NCBI GenBank assembly: GCA_032718475.1
Contig: JAUCBJ010001214.1
Span: 55,942 to 119,941 of the forward strand
Length of the DNA: 64,000 bases
From: Nemertoderma westbladi
Lineage: Eukaryota; Animalia; Xenacoelomorpha
Direction of reading: 5' to 3'
This document shows, one piece after another, positions 51,728 through 64,000 of this stretch; positions within the stretch are counted from its first letter, which is position 1, and every line of letters begins with the position of its first letter. A model generated the notes under the pieces. The model was not told the origin of the DNA and did not search any database. It saw only the letters and a list, made by a program, of their open reading frames with translations. Position numbers and translations under genes: made by a program.

Positions 51728-51855
51728 GTAACCTAGCAACAACAATTGACAAGCAAACTCAGCTCTGTGGCAGTAGAGAACACAGCAGCTTTGTTTTGGA
51801 CATTGTTTTTATTCTATTGGTTAGCTGATACAGCCAATGAGAAGTGCCAATAAGA
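51728..51855. promoter_or_regulatory. Putative CEP131 promoter: RFX X-box plus CCAAT boxes
   Basis: GTAACCTAGCAAC (51728-51740) fits the X-box consensus; ATTGG/CCAAT motifs at ~51816, 51834 and 51847; ~560 bp upstream of the ATG of a ciliary gene. Confidence 0.6.
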
Positions 51856-52599
51856 TAGGTGTTGACAGAGCCTTGAAATCAATTTCAACAGCAAACCAAG
51901 AAACTTTTAATATTAACCGCTCATACAATACTCATTATTAATATTATATTATCTTGGCGAATTTTCACTATTAATTAGTTATCAATCAAAGTAAAAGGTT
52001 TATGTTTTATATTACTTTATATCATATTATTTCAATCAAAACAATAAACGAGATAGAATGGCACTGGTTATAGTTTTATTTTTGCTCGTAATCGAATATA
52101 TCTTATCGAATCTAAATTCTCTAAAATTATAATTCGCAACTCTACCTTAAATCTACCTTAATACAACAACCATTTTTGCAGGTCGGAGCCCACAGCGGAG
52201 TTTCGAGTTTGGTTTCTTGAGATTGTTATCTTGGCCAAGCTTGAGATGTTACCACCCCGAGCCCAATAAAACACCGGATACCGGTAGATGGCTGTGCGCA
52301 AGGAGAAGGACTCTGGGGGGGGGGGGGGGGGGGGGGGTGGCAGTAGAGCACCCAGACTGAATGGCAGAACATGTCATAGTAGATACTGATAATCCAGTCT
52401 CAGATAATCCATAATCTCTCTCGGGGAAGTTTATTCTTGCTGTTCTTGGTGGGTCATCACGTCACAGGAGGCGAAAGAGAGTTATTTTCTCTTCCCAGTC
52501 GACATAGAGGATTGGCCATCCGCACTCCAACTACCACAGCTGCACTGTCATACAGCTCTCCGAATGGTTAAAGGCGGCAGTGTGCTGCCTTTGGTGGTG

Positions 52600-54350
<1,751 letters not shown>

Positions 54351-55437
54351 CTCGTCTGCTGCGCTAAAGCTTACCCTGACTGCGAGGCTCGCCTGCTGCG
54401 CTAAAGCTCGCCCTGACTGCGTGGCTCGCCCCACAGGATAATTTGCTTCTGGAACGGCAGCAGTGATTATTTAATTATATATATTCAGTCACACTCTCGG
54501 TAAAGTTGTAAAGGTGTAATTAGTTTCAATATTAGTTTTAGATAAGTGTAGTGATTATGTGAAGTGTGGTATACTATTAAATGAGGCTGATTCTTGCGGC
54601 GTGTAATTTCATGGTCTGTTTTTTGGTGGAGAGTAAATATCTCATCGTCAAGGATTAACTTTTTAAGGGCCTTTTGTTTGTTTATTATATTATTGTTTTT
54701 AACAATAAATTATACGTTATTCAAATATAATTCAATAAATAGTAGTCAATAGATGTAGCAGTTTCCATAGGCTATGTCTAATACAGTAATTACGAATACA
54801 GTTTCAAAAATATAATCTCGTGCTGCGCGAAGGCCTCAACGTGTTCACTGATTTGAAGATGGCTTTCAAATGCTGCACGAAGCCCGAAGGCCCCAAATCT
54901 GTTAATAGGTTGTCTAGGAAATGAAAGGGAAGACAAATCATTTAATCGATACTTCGCCATAATTATTTCCGGATATTTGTATTGTAATTGTAAATCACAT
55001 TTTCTTCAGATCTAGCGAAATATATTATTATTATTATATCAATAATCCGACTCTTCAATTTCGTTTTGAATTGAACGTCAGCAAAATTTAATATATTTTT
55101 TTGTTCAATTGTCCGAGTTCGCTCGACCTAGTAGTAGTAGTTTTGTTCAATAACCAGTTAATGGGTGATCGATTTGTGTAATTAATTTTTCCATTATATA
55201 ATATGCGGTGAAATCATACAAACTTTATCCGCTTCCATTTCTCGTAATACTAATTTTTGCTTTTACCTTCCTCCGTACTGGTAACAGTTGTTACTGACAG
55301 TAGTTGGTCCAAGCATTGGGTTAATGGTGGGTGAAGTTTGGTTTTATGGTCAGGCACTTAAAATTGTCAAGTAACCACAAATTTATGTTATAGGTAGGCC
55401 TACTCTAATGCATTTAACGGAATCTGGGGCATCAAGT

Positions 55438-55680
55438 CTGGTTAACAGATACTGTAGGCCTACACTTCGCGGTGATCTGGTTGAATCTGTCAACCAGATC
55501 ACCGCGAGGTGTAGGCCTACAGTATCTGTAGTACAGTATGTACAGTACAGTATGTACTGTAGTGTGTAGTATGTAGTACAGTATGTACAGTGTCTACAGT
55601 ATGTACAGGCCTACACTTCGTGGTGATCTGGTTGACAGATACTGTAGGCCTGCACTTCGCGGTGATCTGGTGACTGGTTG
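55438..55680. repeat. 39-bp repeat cluster with one inverted copy forming a ~40-bp-stem hairpin
   Basis: ACAGATACTGTAGGCCTACACTTCGCGGTGATCTGGTTGA-ATCTG-TCAACCAGATCACCGCGAGGTGTAGGCCTACAGTATCTGT (55447-55529); direct copies at ~55606-55671. Confidence 0.85.
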
Positions 55681-55681
55681 T

Positions 55682-56718
55682 AAATGTCCAAGGTAATCCA
55701 TTAGCATTCCCAAGTATGGGATGCCATAGCAGAGGACAGCACCAAATAGCGACAACCATACACAGGCCCACTTTGAGAAGCTTCTAAACAATGACAAGGG
55801 TATTGCCTGATAACTTTGAGATAAATCATGTATCTGAGTCTGTGCTCACAGATATCCCCATTGGTGATATCTCCTTTGTTGAAATCAAGACTGCTGCTAG
55901 GACCATGAAGACCAATCGTGTCAGTGGAGTAGATGGCGTGCCCTTTGAGGCCTTTAAAATTCCTGAGTGTTTGGAGCTTATTCACTACATTATTGTAGAC
56001 ATGTATAGGACAAAGAGAGTCCCTCAAGAACTGAAAACAAATAAGTTGGTCCCAGCCCCAAAGAAGGACTACATAACAACCTGTGGATCTTTTCGCGGAA
56101 TCCCGCTAATCTCGATTGCTGCAAAGCTATACAACATAATTCTATTAAATCACATCAGGACCTGCTGAGAATCTGTTACCTGGGAACCAAAATGGGTTCC
56201 GTAAAGGTCGTGGGACCATGGAGCCTATTCTGGCACGTAGCATGATAATCAAAAGTTATCAATAAAGAAAGACGGGCTGTTATCTTTGTTGACTTCTTCA
56301 AGGCCTTTGATTCAGTTTCTCGACCACGTATGTTCAGCATACGGGCAGCATATGGGATCCTTAGGAAATTATTGCAGCTATCAGATCACTAGACGATGGT
56401 TCCACCACATTTGTGTCTAATGTTGATTGTGACACAGATTCATTTCATTTCATTCAGAAGTCTTATGGGAAGTCCTTCAGGGTGACACACTTGCACCATT
56501 TTTATTCCTAATTGTGGTTGATTATGTTCTACGCCTGTCCTTAGACCATCTTAATAAAGATGTGGTGATGGTAACACCCCCTGCTGACACAAGAAGTAGG
56601 GGAAATCCAGCAAAGTACCTTATTGATTTAAACTTTGCTGATGACTTAGCGGTACTGTCAGAATCACTAGAGGGAACCTAAAGGTTACTCTGCTCATTGG
56701 AGCCGGTTGCTTCTAGTA
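55682..56718 (+). mobile_element. Degenerate RTE-clade non-LTR retrotransposon RT fragment
   Basis: SGVDGVPFEAFK, FRGIPLISIAAKLYN, NQNGFRKGR, FVDFFKAFDSV, QGDTLAPFLF, FADDLAVL, with stops and frameshifts. Confidence 0.9.
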
Positions 56719-57243
56719 ACCGGGTTGTAACAAATGACGTCAATGGAATCTCTGGTGCTGATATGTGGGGGGTAGGTCAAGGTTAGCAGGCTGTAGGTTT
56801 ATTGGAAAGTGGACTTTTGTAAATGACCTTATCTTGTCATGGTAATATGGGACCGATAAATAATGTTGCATGATGTTGGTTGCGAAATCATGTTGGTTCC
56901 CAAAAAAATGAAAGGTATGGTAATTACCTACACCTATGCCAATTAGGGGAAGTTTGTCCAGAACGTCCACATCAATCTTTTTTGAGGTTAAGCGACCTGA
57001 CTACTACCTGTATCTCCAACACACAGGAAGAGGCCTAATATTATGTATATCAATTCAGTCCTCTTTTCTCCAAGTTGTTGGACTTCGCCACACAAGAGAT
57101 CTCGTGCCCAGCCAGTTACAATATAGTAACTGGTGCGTGTTTCGTGTCTCATACGGTCACCGATCACTTTACTGTATTAGAAGGCCTAATTTGTGGATTA
57201 ACTTTATATTTGTTACTACTTTATAAAATAGCTCGCAGTTGTA

Positions 57244-58398
57244 CCGTACGCAAAAAGCCAATTGGGGTGTCGTTTCAGCCTTCTCATAGGGTTAATGTTA
57301 AATTAATATCGAAAAATTAGTGCTTAGAACTATAAACTTTACTGTGTAAACTGTATTCCTTAATTTAGTTTATTATTTTGGTTATAAAAGCCTGTTAAAA
57401 GTACCTGAAATGGTGAATATCGAAATTAAATATTCGCGAAATTAAGTTAATAACGAACCTGCCTATTAATAGGCCAGGGTAGTTTTTGTCAAGAGTTGAG
57501 CCGTTCAAAATCACGATGTGGTTATGTGTGTGTGTATAAATGTATAACCATCCAATATCTCAAAAACTCAATCAGGTACGCAAAAATTGTAATGACAAAC
57601 TCTACATAGATTTTTGTTGCGCACAAGACTGTATACTTTTTGTGGCGTTTCGATCACGGGGTCACTGAAAAATAGCGGTTTTGAAAATTTAATGTCGAAT
57701 TTCACCGGACTCAACTCGTCGAGTATGCACCAACCTTTTTTATTTGGGCTATTCAGTCATTTGAGCAACATATTTGAGCCTCAGAATCTTTTCAAATATT
57801 GCCAATTTCGCACAGAACGTCTCCAAAATTTTTTAGTCCGGCAAAAAACGCACTAATTCGTCTAAAAGAGTAAATCATTGGTTGCAGAATAATTTGATTC
57901 AACTAGAAAAGCCAGTAAGCTGGCTGGCTATAAGGAGACCGTCCATAGACAAACGTAGTGTTAGTTGGGTCCCTCCTCATTCATTATCATCAACCTATAA
58001 AACATTTGAACGGCCCAGTGCTTACAATGATATTCCCATAGGATTCACTGGGAAGAGCTATTCAGCTGGGTGGTAATACATTATACAAAATAACAGTTGA
58101 TGTTTGATTACTGTCTGGGTTTGAGTGAGATAGTAATAAATTTGGCAAGTAATATACTTCTCTGCAGTTTGGGCTATCCATTCAATAAATATTAGTAGCT
58201 TACTAGGCCCTCATGAGTACCAGCAGCTGGTGTTTCTATCGTTGAATTGATGGCAATTTTCGTGTTTTCATTTTCACTCACTCAGGGTACTGGTTTGAGG
58301 GGCAGGTTCGTTTAAAGCCAGCTTTCTGGCTTTCTATGTAGTATGTAAAAATATTAAAATAGGCTGAAACGACACCACAATTGGTAATATGCGTACCG
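57244..58398. mobile_element. TA-flanked non-autonomous DNA transposon (~37-bp imperfect TIRs)
   Basis: TA|CCGTACGCAAAAAGCCAATTGGGGTGTCGTTTCAGCCT ... AGGCTGAAACGACACCACAATTGGTAATATGCGTACCG|TA. Confidence 0.75.
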
Positions 58399-59009
58399 TA
58401 CTGTAGTGATGGCGTAGCGCGCAAAACTTGTTTTACATATTAAATATTACAAAAACAATACATAATTTAAGTTAAGTTATAATTAAATAATATATTATAT
58501 TATATATATTATTATTATTAATATATAATAACTTCAAAATCTCTATAACACACAAACCAGAAGTAAGCAGGTTATTATGAAACCCAGCGTCAATATGGTA
58601 AACTATATCAAAGCTGTGTTGATTTTAATCGTCATGTTTATTTTGAGTTATGGAGTTGTTTACGCAAACGAGGTACCTCAACCGCCCCCAGCTCTCACGC
58701 AGCCATTCGATATTCAGCATAAATTAAAAACTGCATTGTAATGTGTGGTTAACATCATACTTACTTTTCTTCGGTGATTTCAGTTTGGGATTTCTCATTA
58801 AAAACAAGGACTAGCTAGTCAATGTGGTGATGGCTTTGGCTTACATTATTGGAATTAAGTATATTTATTATTATTTGGTATTCATTATTTAAGGGTTCTT
58901 AGACTATAATTCCTTCGTACATTACGGTAAGACAGCTGGGGACTATACAATTGTAGCAAATTTTGTGTCATTTTGGAATAATTATCTGGCCTCTGACCTA
59001 CAATAATTA

Positions 59010-59919
59010 CACCATAACCCGTAATATAGTGTCATTTTCTGATGACACGGACCCCCCCCCCCCCCCCCCATATTTTTCTACAAATCTTTATCATATTGCT
59101 TGAAATTTGAAACACAACTAGTTCCATTCACCGTGGTTGTTACCATGAAGCCGGAATTTTCGATTTCGCCTTTAAATTTTTTTATAAGCGTTTTAAAAAA
59201 TTGTCTTTTGCGAAATCGCACCCTCCGTATCGTGGCCATTCTTCACATTAGTCGTAATTTTTTCATATCAATAGAAAGCTTGCGTTACAAGGATTCCAAA
59301 TATGTAACAATATCTGAATTTCGTTGAGAAACAGCTGAGATATAGGCGTTCAAAGATTGCAAGAATTATCGTTCGCTGCAGGCCATTTATTCTATTTAAT
59401 AAATACACAAAATTCTAGAACATGTTATTTATTTTATGAGTTGGTTGGTAACAATGGATGCCTATACAATATTTATATTGCGTACCTAATCATACATAAA
59501 CAAATTGTTCCAGAATATTGCGTATTTATTAAATAGAATAAATGGCCTGCAGCGAACGATAATTCTTGCAATCTTTGAACGCCTATATCTCAGCTGTTTC
59601 TCAACGAAATTCAGACATTGTTACATATTTGGAATCCTTGGAACGCAAGCTTTTTAATTATATCTTTAAAGCAATGTTAATGTGAAGAATGGCGATGATA
59701 GGAGATGTGCAATTTCGCAAAAGACACTTTTTTAAAACGCTTATAAAAAAAATTTAAAGGCGAAATCGAAAATTCCGGCTTCATGGTAACAACCACGGTG
59801 AGTTGAACTAGTTGTGTTTCAAATTTCAGGCAATATGATAAAGATTTGTAGAAAAATTTGGGGGGGGGGGGGGGGGGTCCGTGTCATCAGAAAATGACAC
59901 TATATTACGGGTCTTGGTG
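59010..59919. mobile_element. 910-bp foldback MITE with ~415-bp inverted arms and TA TSD
   Basis: TA|CACCATAACCCGTAATATAGTGTCATTTTCTGATGACACGGA-polyC ... polyG-TCCGTGTCATCAGAAAATGACACTATATTACGGGTCTTGGTG|TA. Confidence 0.92.
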
Positions 59920-60330
59920 TATACTTTACAGAAAATTTTCTAATACTGTAGTAATAATATATCCAATGGGTCCTTTTGTCCTTTTATATCCCGACTAAAA
60001 AACGGGTATTTATATCCCACATATAATTCGTATAAAGCCATCTATGATATAAGACACCTAATCATTCTCAATGCGACGAATCTTCTTATAGTGCACCACC
60101 CACCACCGGTCTTTTAAAAGGTGTTTTGTCGTAGAGACAAAATCCACATACCAACTTAATTGATTAGGACCCACAGAATATGTTCTTCCTTGAACTCAAT
60201 TCAAATCAATTCACGTGAGCCCAATGAGCTCGTATATTATTAATAAGGGAAACCAGAGTAGACCGCACACATTAATTATGTGGAAAATACACTACTACTA
60301 GGATCGGCATGCTGCATTGCAGATGTATTT

Positions 60331-61140
60331 TTAAGAATGCTGTGCCGGCTTGTCAACAAAATTGCACCGCCACAACTCCCTATCACCCATGACATTTGCT
60401 AGATCATCCGCATCTTCAAGGCCAGTGTCCTTTAAGATGCGTCTCAAGAAAGTCATGGGCTCTCCACCATGCTTATTCACTCCATGAGGCTGCCAAAGTA
60501 CAAGATTATGCACTGGCTGGTCCTCACGGCGAAAGCAATGTCCTGCAAAGCAGAGGCGATTTTGTTCTAGTGTCGAGCTTGGGAGAACCAATGAGACACC
60601 TCCAATGTTATGTAGTGTCTGGTTGGAGATGTGTGCATTGTACTTGACACAATGAACCCGGCGTAGCATTCTTGTGAATGTGCCATCCATAGATTTGGTG
60701 TCCTCAGCAGTTAGAGCCCAGCATGGACTCCCGTAGAGGAGTACTGGAACTACGCCCCATAACACTTCAAATGGTTCTGTGTCACCGTCAACAGTAGACA
60801 CAAATGTTGTCGAACCATCGTATACTGATCTGATTGCTGCAATAATTTCATCAGGAATCCCATATAATGAAAGTATGCTGAACATACGTGAGCGAGAGAC
60901 TGAATCAAAGGCCTTGAAGAAGTCAACAAAGATAACAGCCAGATGCCTGTCTTTCTTTTTTGATAATTCTTCAATTATCCTTCTAAGTGCCAAAATGGGC
61001 TCCATGGTACCACGACCTTTACGGAACCCATTCTGATTTCCACGGAGCAGTCTCTCAATGGGATCCCTGATGCGATTTGATAGAATCCTATTGTATAGCT
61101 TTGCAGCAATCGAGATCAATGAGATTCCCCGAAAAGAACC
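60331..61140 (-). mobile_element. RTE-clade LINE 3' fragment with internal deletion of the RT core
   Basis: GSFRGISLISIAAKLYN, NQNGFRKGR, FVDFFKAFDSV, then jumps from EVLWGV to VPVLLYGS..W and RLCFAGHCFR..DRELWR; same family as 55682-56718. Confidence 0.9.
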
Positions 61141-61917
61141 ATAGAGTGTTTGTCTCAAGTTGTCTCAAGTATATTTGAGACAATATACAATATATTATTA
61201 TATAATCACGTCATCATAATATCTATAGTAAAGATTTTATGTTTTAGTGTTTCTGTTATACATTACTAAATTTTATTTTGACACAGTATTTATTTTTGTG
61301 CATTAGCAGGAGCTTGCAGTAGCAGAGCTAGTGTTGCTAGCTCAGCTCCGGTCACCGGTAAATTTGGGGGGGGGGGGGGGGGGTTACCAAATAGGTTTTG
61401 AAAAATGGTTAATTTAGTTTACTTTTTAATTGCATTTTTAAATGTTTTTTTGAATTACTTAATTATAGATTTGAATCTAATGCATTCCATACTTTTGTGC
61501 CTTGAAATTTTAACGATTTTTGGGTCTGCTCCAAACTAGTCCTTGGTAAAAAGTAGTCATGAACTGAACAATCAGGGAACGGTTATAATTACAGTTTATC
61601 CACAGGTCTGACGATACTTGTCACTCAATATGAACCAATTTTATCTCCTTCTGTGTAGTTCACAATGTAAACTGCATACTACATACAGTATGACACGTTC
61701 CCACGTTCGTGCGGCTCCATCGCGTAGCACGAGGCTCAGTTATGAGATACAAATTACAATTGAGCGACTGTATCACAAAATCGGTATTTAACAAATTTAA
61801 CCAAACCGCCAATAAATCAAACAAGAGGGGAAGGTTCCTCCCCTTCAACCCCCCTCTTAATCTGCACCACAATCCAAATGCGCACAGAGGATTGATGAAA
61901 TTCAGGTATTAACATAA

Positions 61918-62163
61918 AATTTGTGTTTTAAATTTTTTTTTTAAACTTTTTTTAATATTCTAGAAATTTTTTTTAATAAACAAAATAATTCATATTACTC
62001 AACAGTACTCATACACCAATCTACTAGCTCTAGAAATAACGGCTGATTGAATAGAGTTTGTAAAGGGTACATCTAGTATTCCTCCTCTCCTTCCTCATCT
62101 TCTGAGACTCCACCACTATCAACTCCGACCTCCTCGTAATCCTTCTCCAATTTGTGTTTTAAA
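61918..62163 (-). pseudogene. 5'-truncated processed pseudogene of alpha-tubulin (C-terminus, 3'UTR, A-rich tail)
   Basis: 62150-62073 encodes LEKDYEEVGVDSGGVSEDEEGEEEY*. A-rich tail at ~61933-61975. 15-bp TSD AATTTGTGTTTTAAA at 61918-61932 and 62149-62163. Confidence 0.9.
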
Positions 62164-63130
62164 AGTAATATATTTTAGGCGTAGAGGCAACCCAATTTGT
62201 GAGAAATATTAAATCATACCTTATGCCGATAATATTGATACTGAAATATTAATTTACCGTGTCAACGCCTCAACGAAATTATTTAGCTAATTATTCTATA
62301 AAGAATCACGATTAAATACTCAGCCGATATGTTTGGTGATAAACAATAAGCCATCTGTCTTATTAGTCTAGCTCCTGAAACTTCTGCTTGTCATATAAAT
62401 GTAATGAACTTGAAATGAACTGAATTCATTTTTTCCGCTCCATTTGCTATAGAGTTGGATCATCCTTAGTCCTGTTTAATTACTTATTAATAAATGTAAT
62501 GAATTTTGAATTTGCTTGAATAGTGGAGAGGTGGGCCAGGTTGGACTGGTTCCCAGCTAGGCAATAGCAAACATGCCATGTAATGAGGGAGTTGAAAGTA
62601 TATAGTGGAGAGACGGGGAATTTTTATTAACTTAATTATGTTTAGATAAATTAAAAACACATTTCTTAAAGCAAATCACTTGTACCAATTAAAAACTTGG
62701 AATGGGGTATGGGGATTCCAGCTGTATAATTTTTTAAGTATAATTATAAAAGTATAAAATGCTATTTTTTACAGTAATCAACTTAATTAACTAATTAACT
62801 TCTTTTATCTTAGTTTCTCTAAGGCCACACATAAATTCTACTTGCAAAATTTCGCCAAACTATATGTGTACCAAGTTTGGTTAGATTTTATCGAGGATTG
62901 GCTGAGTTATTAACGTGGACGCGACAGACAACAGATACACCGATTGAGGTAGTGGTACCCATATTCTAAGCTGGCTTACTTTCGAGGCTCGCACCACAAT
63001 GATCAAACCGGTGGGAACTCAAGTTCTGGCAATAGGCCCTAGAGATAAAATTCCTGTATTATAAATCACATGCAGAGTTTTCGTCACTTAAAGACAAAAA
63101 GCATGTTTGCCGTTTAAACGGCTGCCCTAA

Positions 63131-64000
63131 AAATCCCCTAAAAAAATTATTATTGACGAAAATGGAAAGAAAAGGGAAATTACTGACCCAGAGAAGATAT
63201 GCAACGTATTCAACAATCACTTTGCTACTGTAGGATCCAGACTAGCAAAAGATCTACCAACAACAAATCGTAACCCAACTAGATATATTAACCATTGTAA
63301 ACCCAACTCCTTTTCACTCGTAGAAACGACAAATACCGAAACTATTTACAATATACTTGATCTTGACAACTCTCGATCCACCAACGACAGTTTCCCTATT
63401 AAATTAATTAAAACAGCAGCGTATGATCTCGCACCGCACCTAACCTACCTAATTAATCTATCAGTTAAGCATGGCTTTTTTCCCTCTAATCTAAAATCAG
63501 CAAAAATCATACCTGTATTTAAATCTGGCGATCCCACTTATAAAAACAACTATAGGCCTATATCATTATTACCTGTAATTAGCAAGCTTTTCGAACGAGT
63601 AATCAACAATCAACTACTATCCTACTTAAACAAAAATTCAATACTATCAGACAGCCAGTACGGTTTTAGAACACACTCCACTACGACAGACGCCATACTC
63701 ACGGTAACTGAGAGACTACTACAGATACTAGACTCACAGGAATATGCTTGTCTAGTATCTATCGACCTTAAGAAAGCATTTGATACACTACAACACCAAA
63801 TACTATTGGACAAACTAGACTGCTATGGCATACGAGGCATCCCACACAAACTGCTGACTAGCTACTTACACAAGAGAACACATACCGTTGCTATAGGCAA
63901 CTCTACTTCAGAATCAATACATGCTTCCTGCGGTACCCCACAGGGAGCAATACTGAGCGCAACACTGTTCCTACTGTACATAAATGACCTACCAAATTGT
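63131..64000 (+). mobile_element. CR1/L2-like LINE ORF2 (RT), open to the window edge
   Basis: Open frame: FNNHFATVG, FPSNLKSAKIIPVFKSGD, NYRPISLLPVISKLFE, QYGFR, IDLKKAFDTL, GTPQGAILSATLFLLYINDLP. Confidence 0.92.

Noticed and set aside
56740-57320. Short ORFs after the RTE fragment
   Set aside because: No recognisable motifs or supported splice structure.

Overview
AT-rich animal (invertebrate-like) genomic DNA. The left 28.5 kb holds two minus-strand copies of one BEL/Pao LTR retrotransposon family separated by a ~4.8-kb 42-bp tandem array. Copy 2 (17428-28515) has gag-PR-RT-RH-IN, with one frameshift and the integrase cut off by the array. Copy 1 (<1-12662) has lost RT and most of RH/IN. 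Downstream of its pol remnant lies an uninterrupted >1003-codon ORF (3010 to <1). The ORF track missed it because it runs off the window edge, and it contains WRN/Mut-7/EXD-like DEDDy 3'-5' exonuclease motifs. This is the most interesting feature here. The right half contains a complete 7-exon CEP131/AZI1 gene (minus strand, ~1072 aa) with an upstream RFX X-box. Its exon-4 splice donor, exon-6 donor and stop-codon region have been amplified into tandem repeats. The rest is further satellites, several TIR/foldback MITEs (one enclosing a tRNA-like Pol III promoter), RTE and CR1/L2 LINE fragments, a (GACA)n microsatellite, and a 5'-truncated alpha-tubulin retrocopy with a 15-bp TSD. All calls are from manual reading and translation; no database searches were run.
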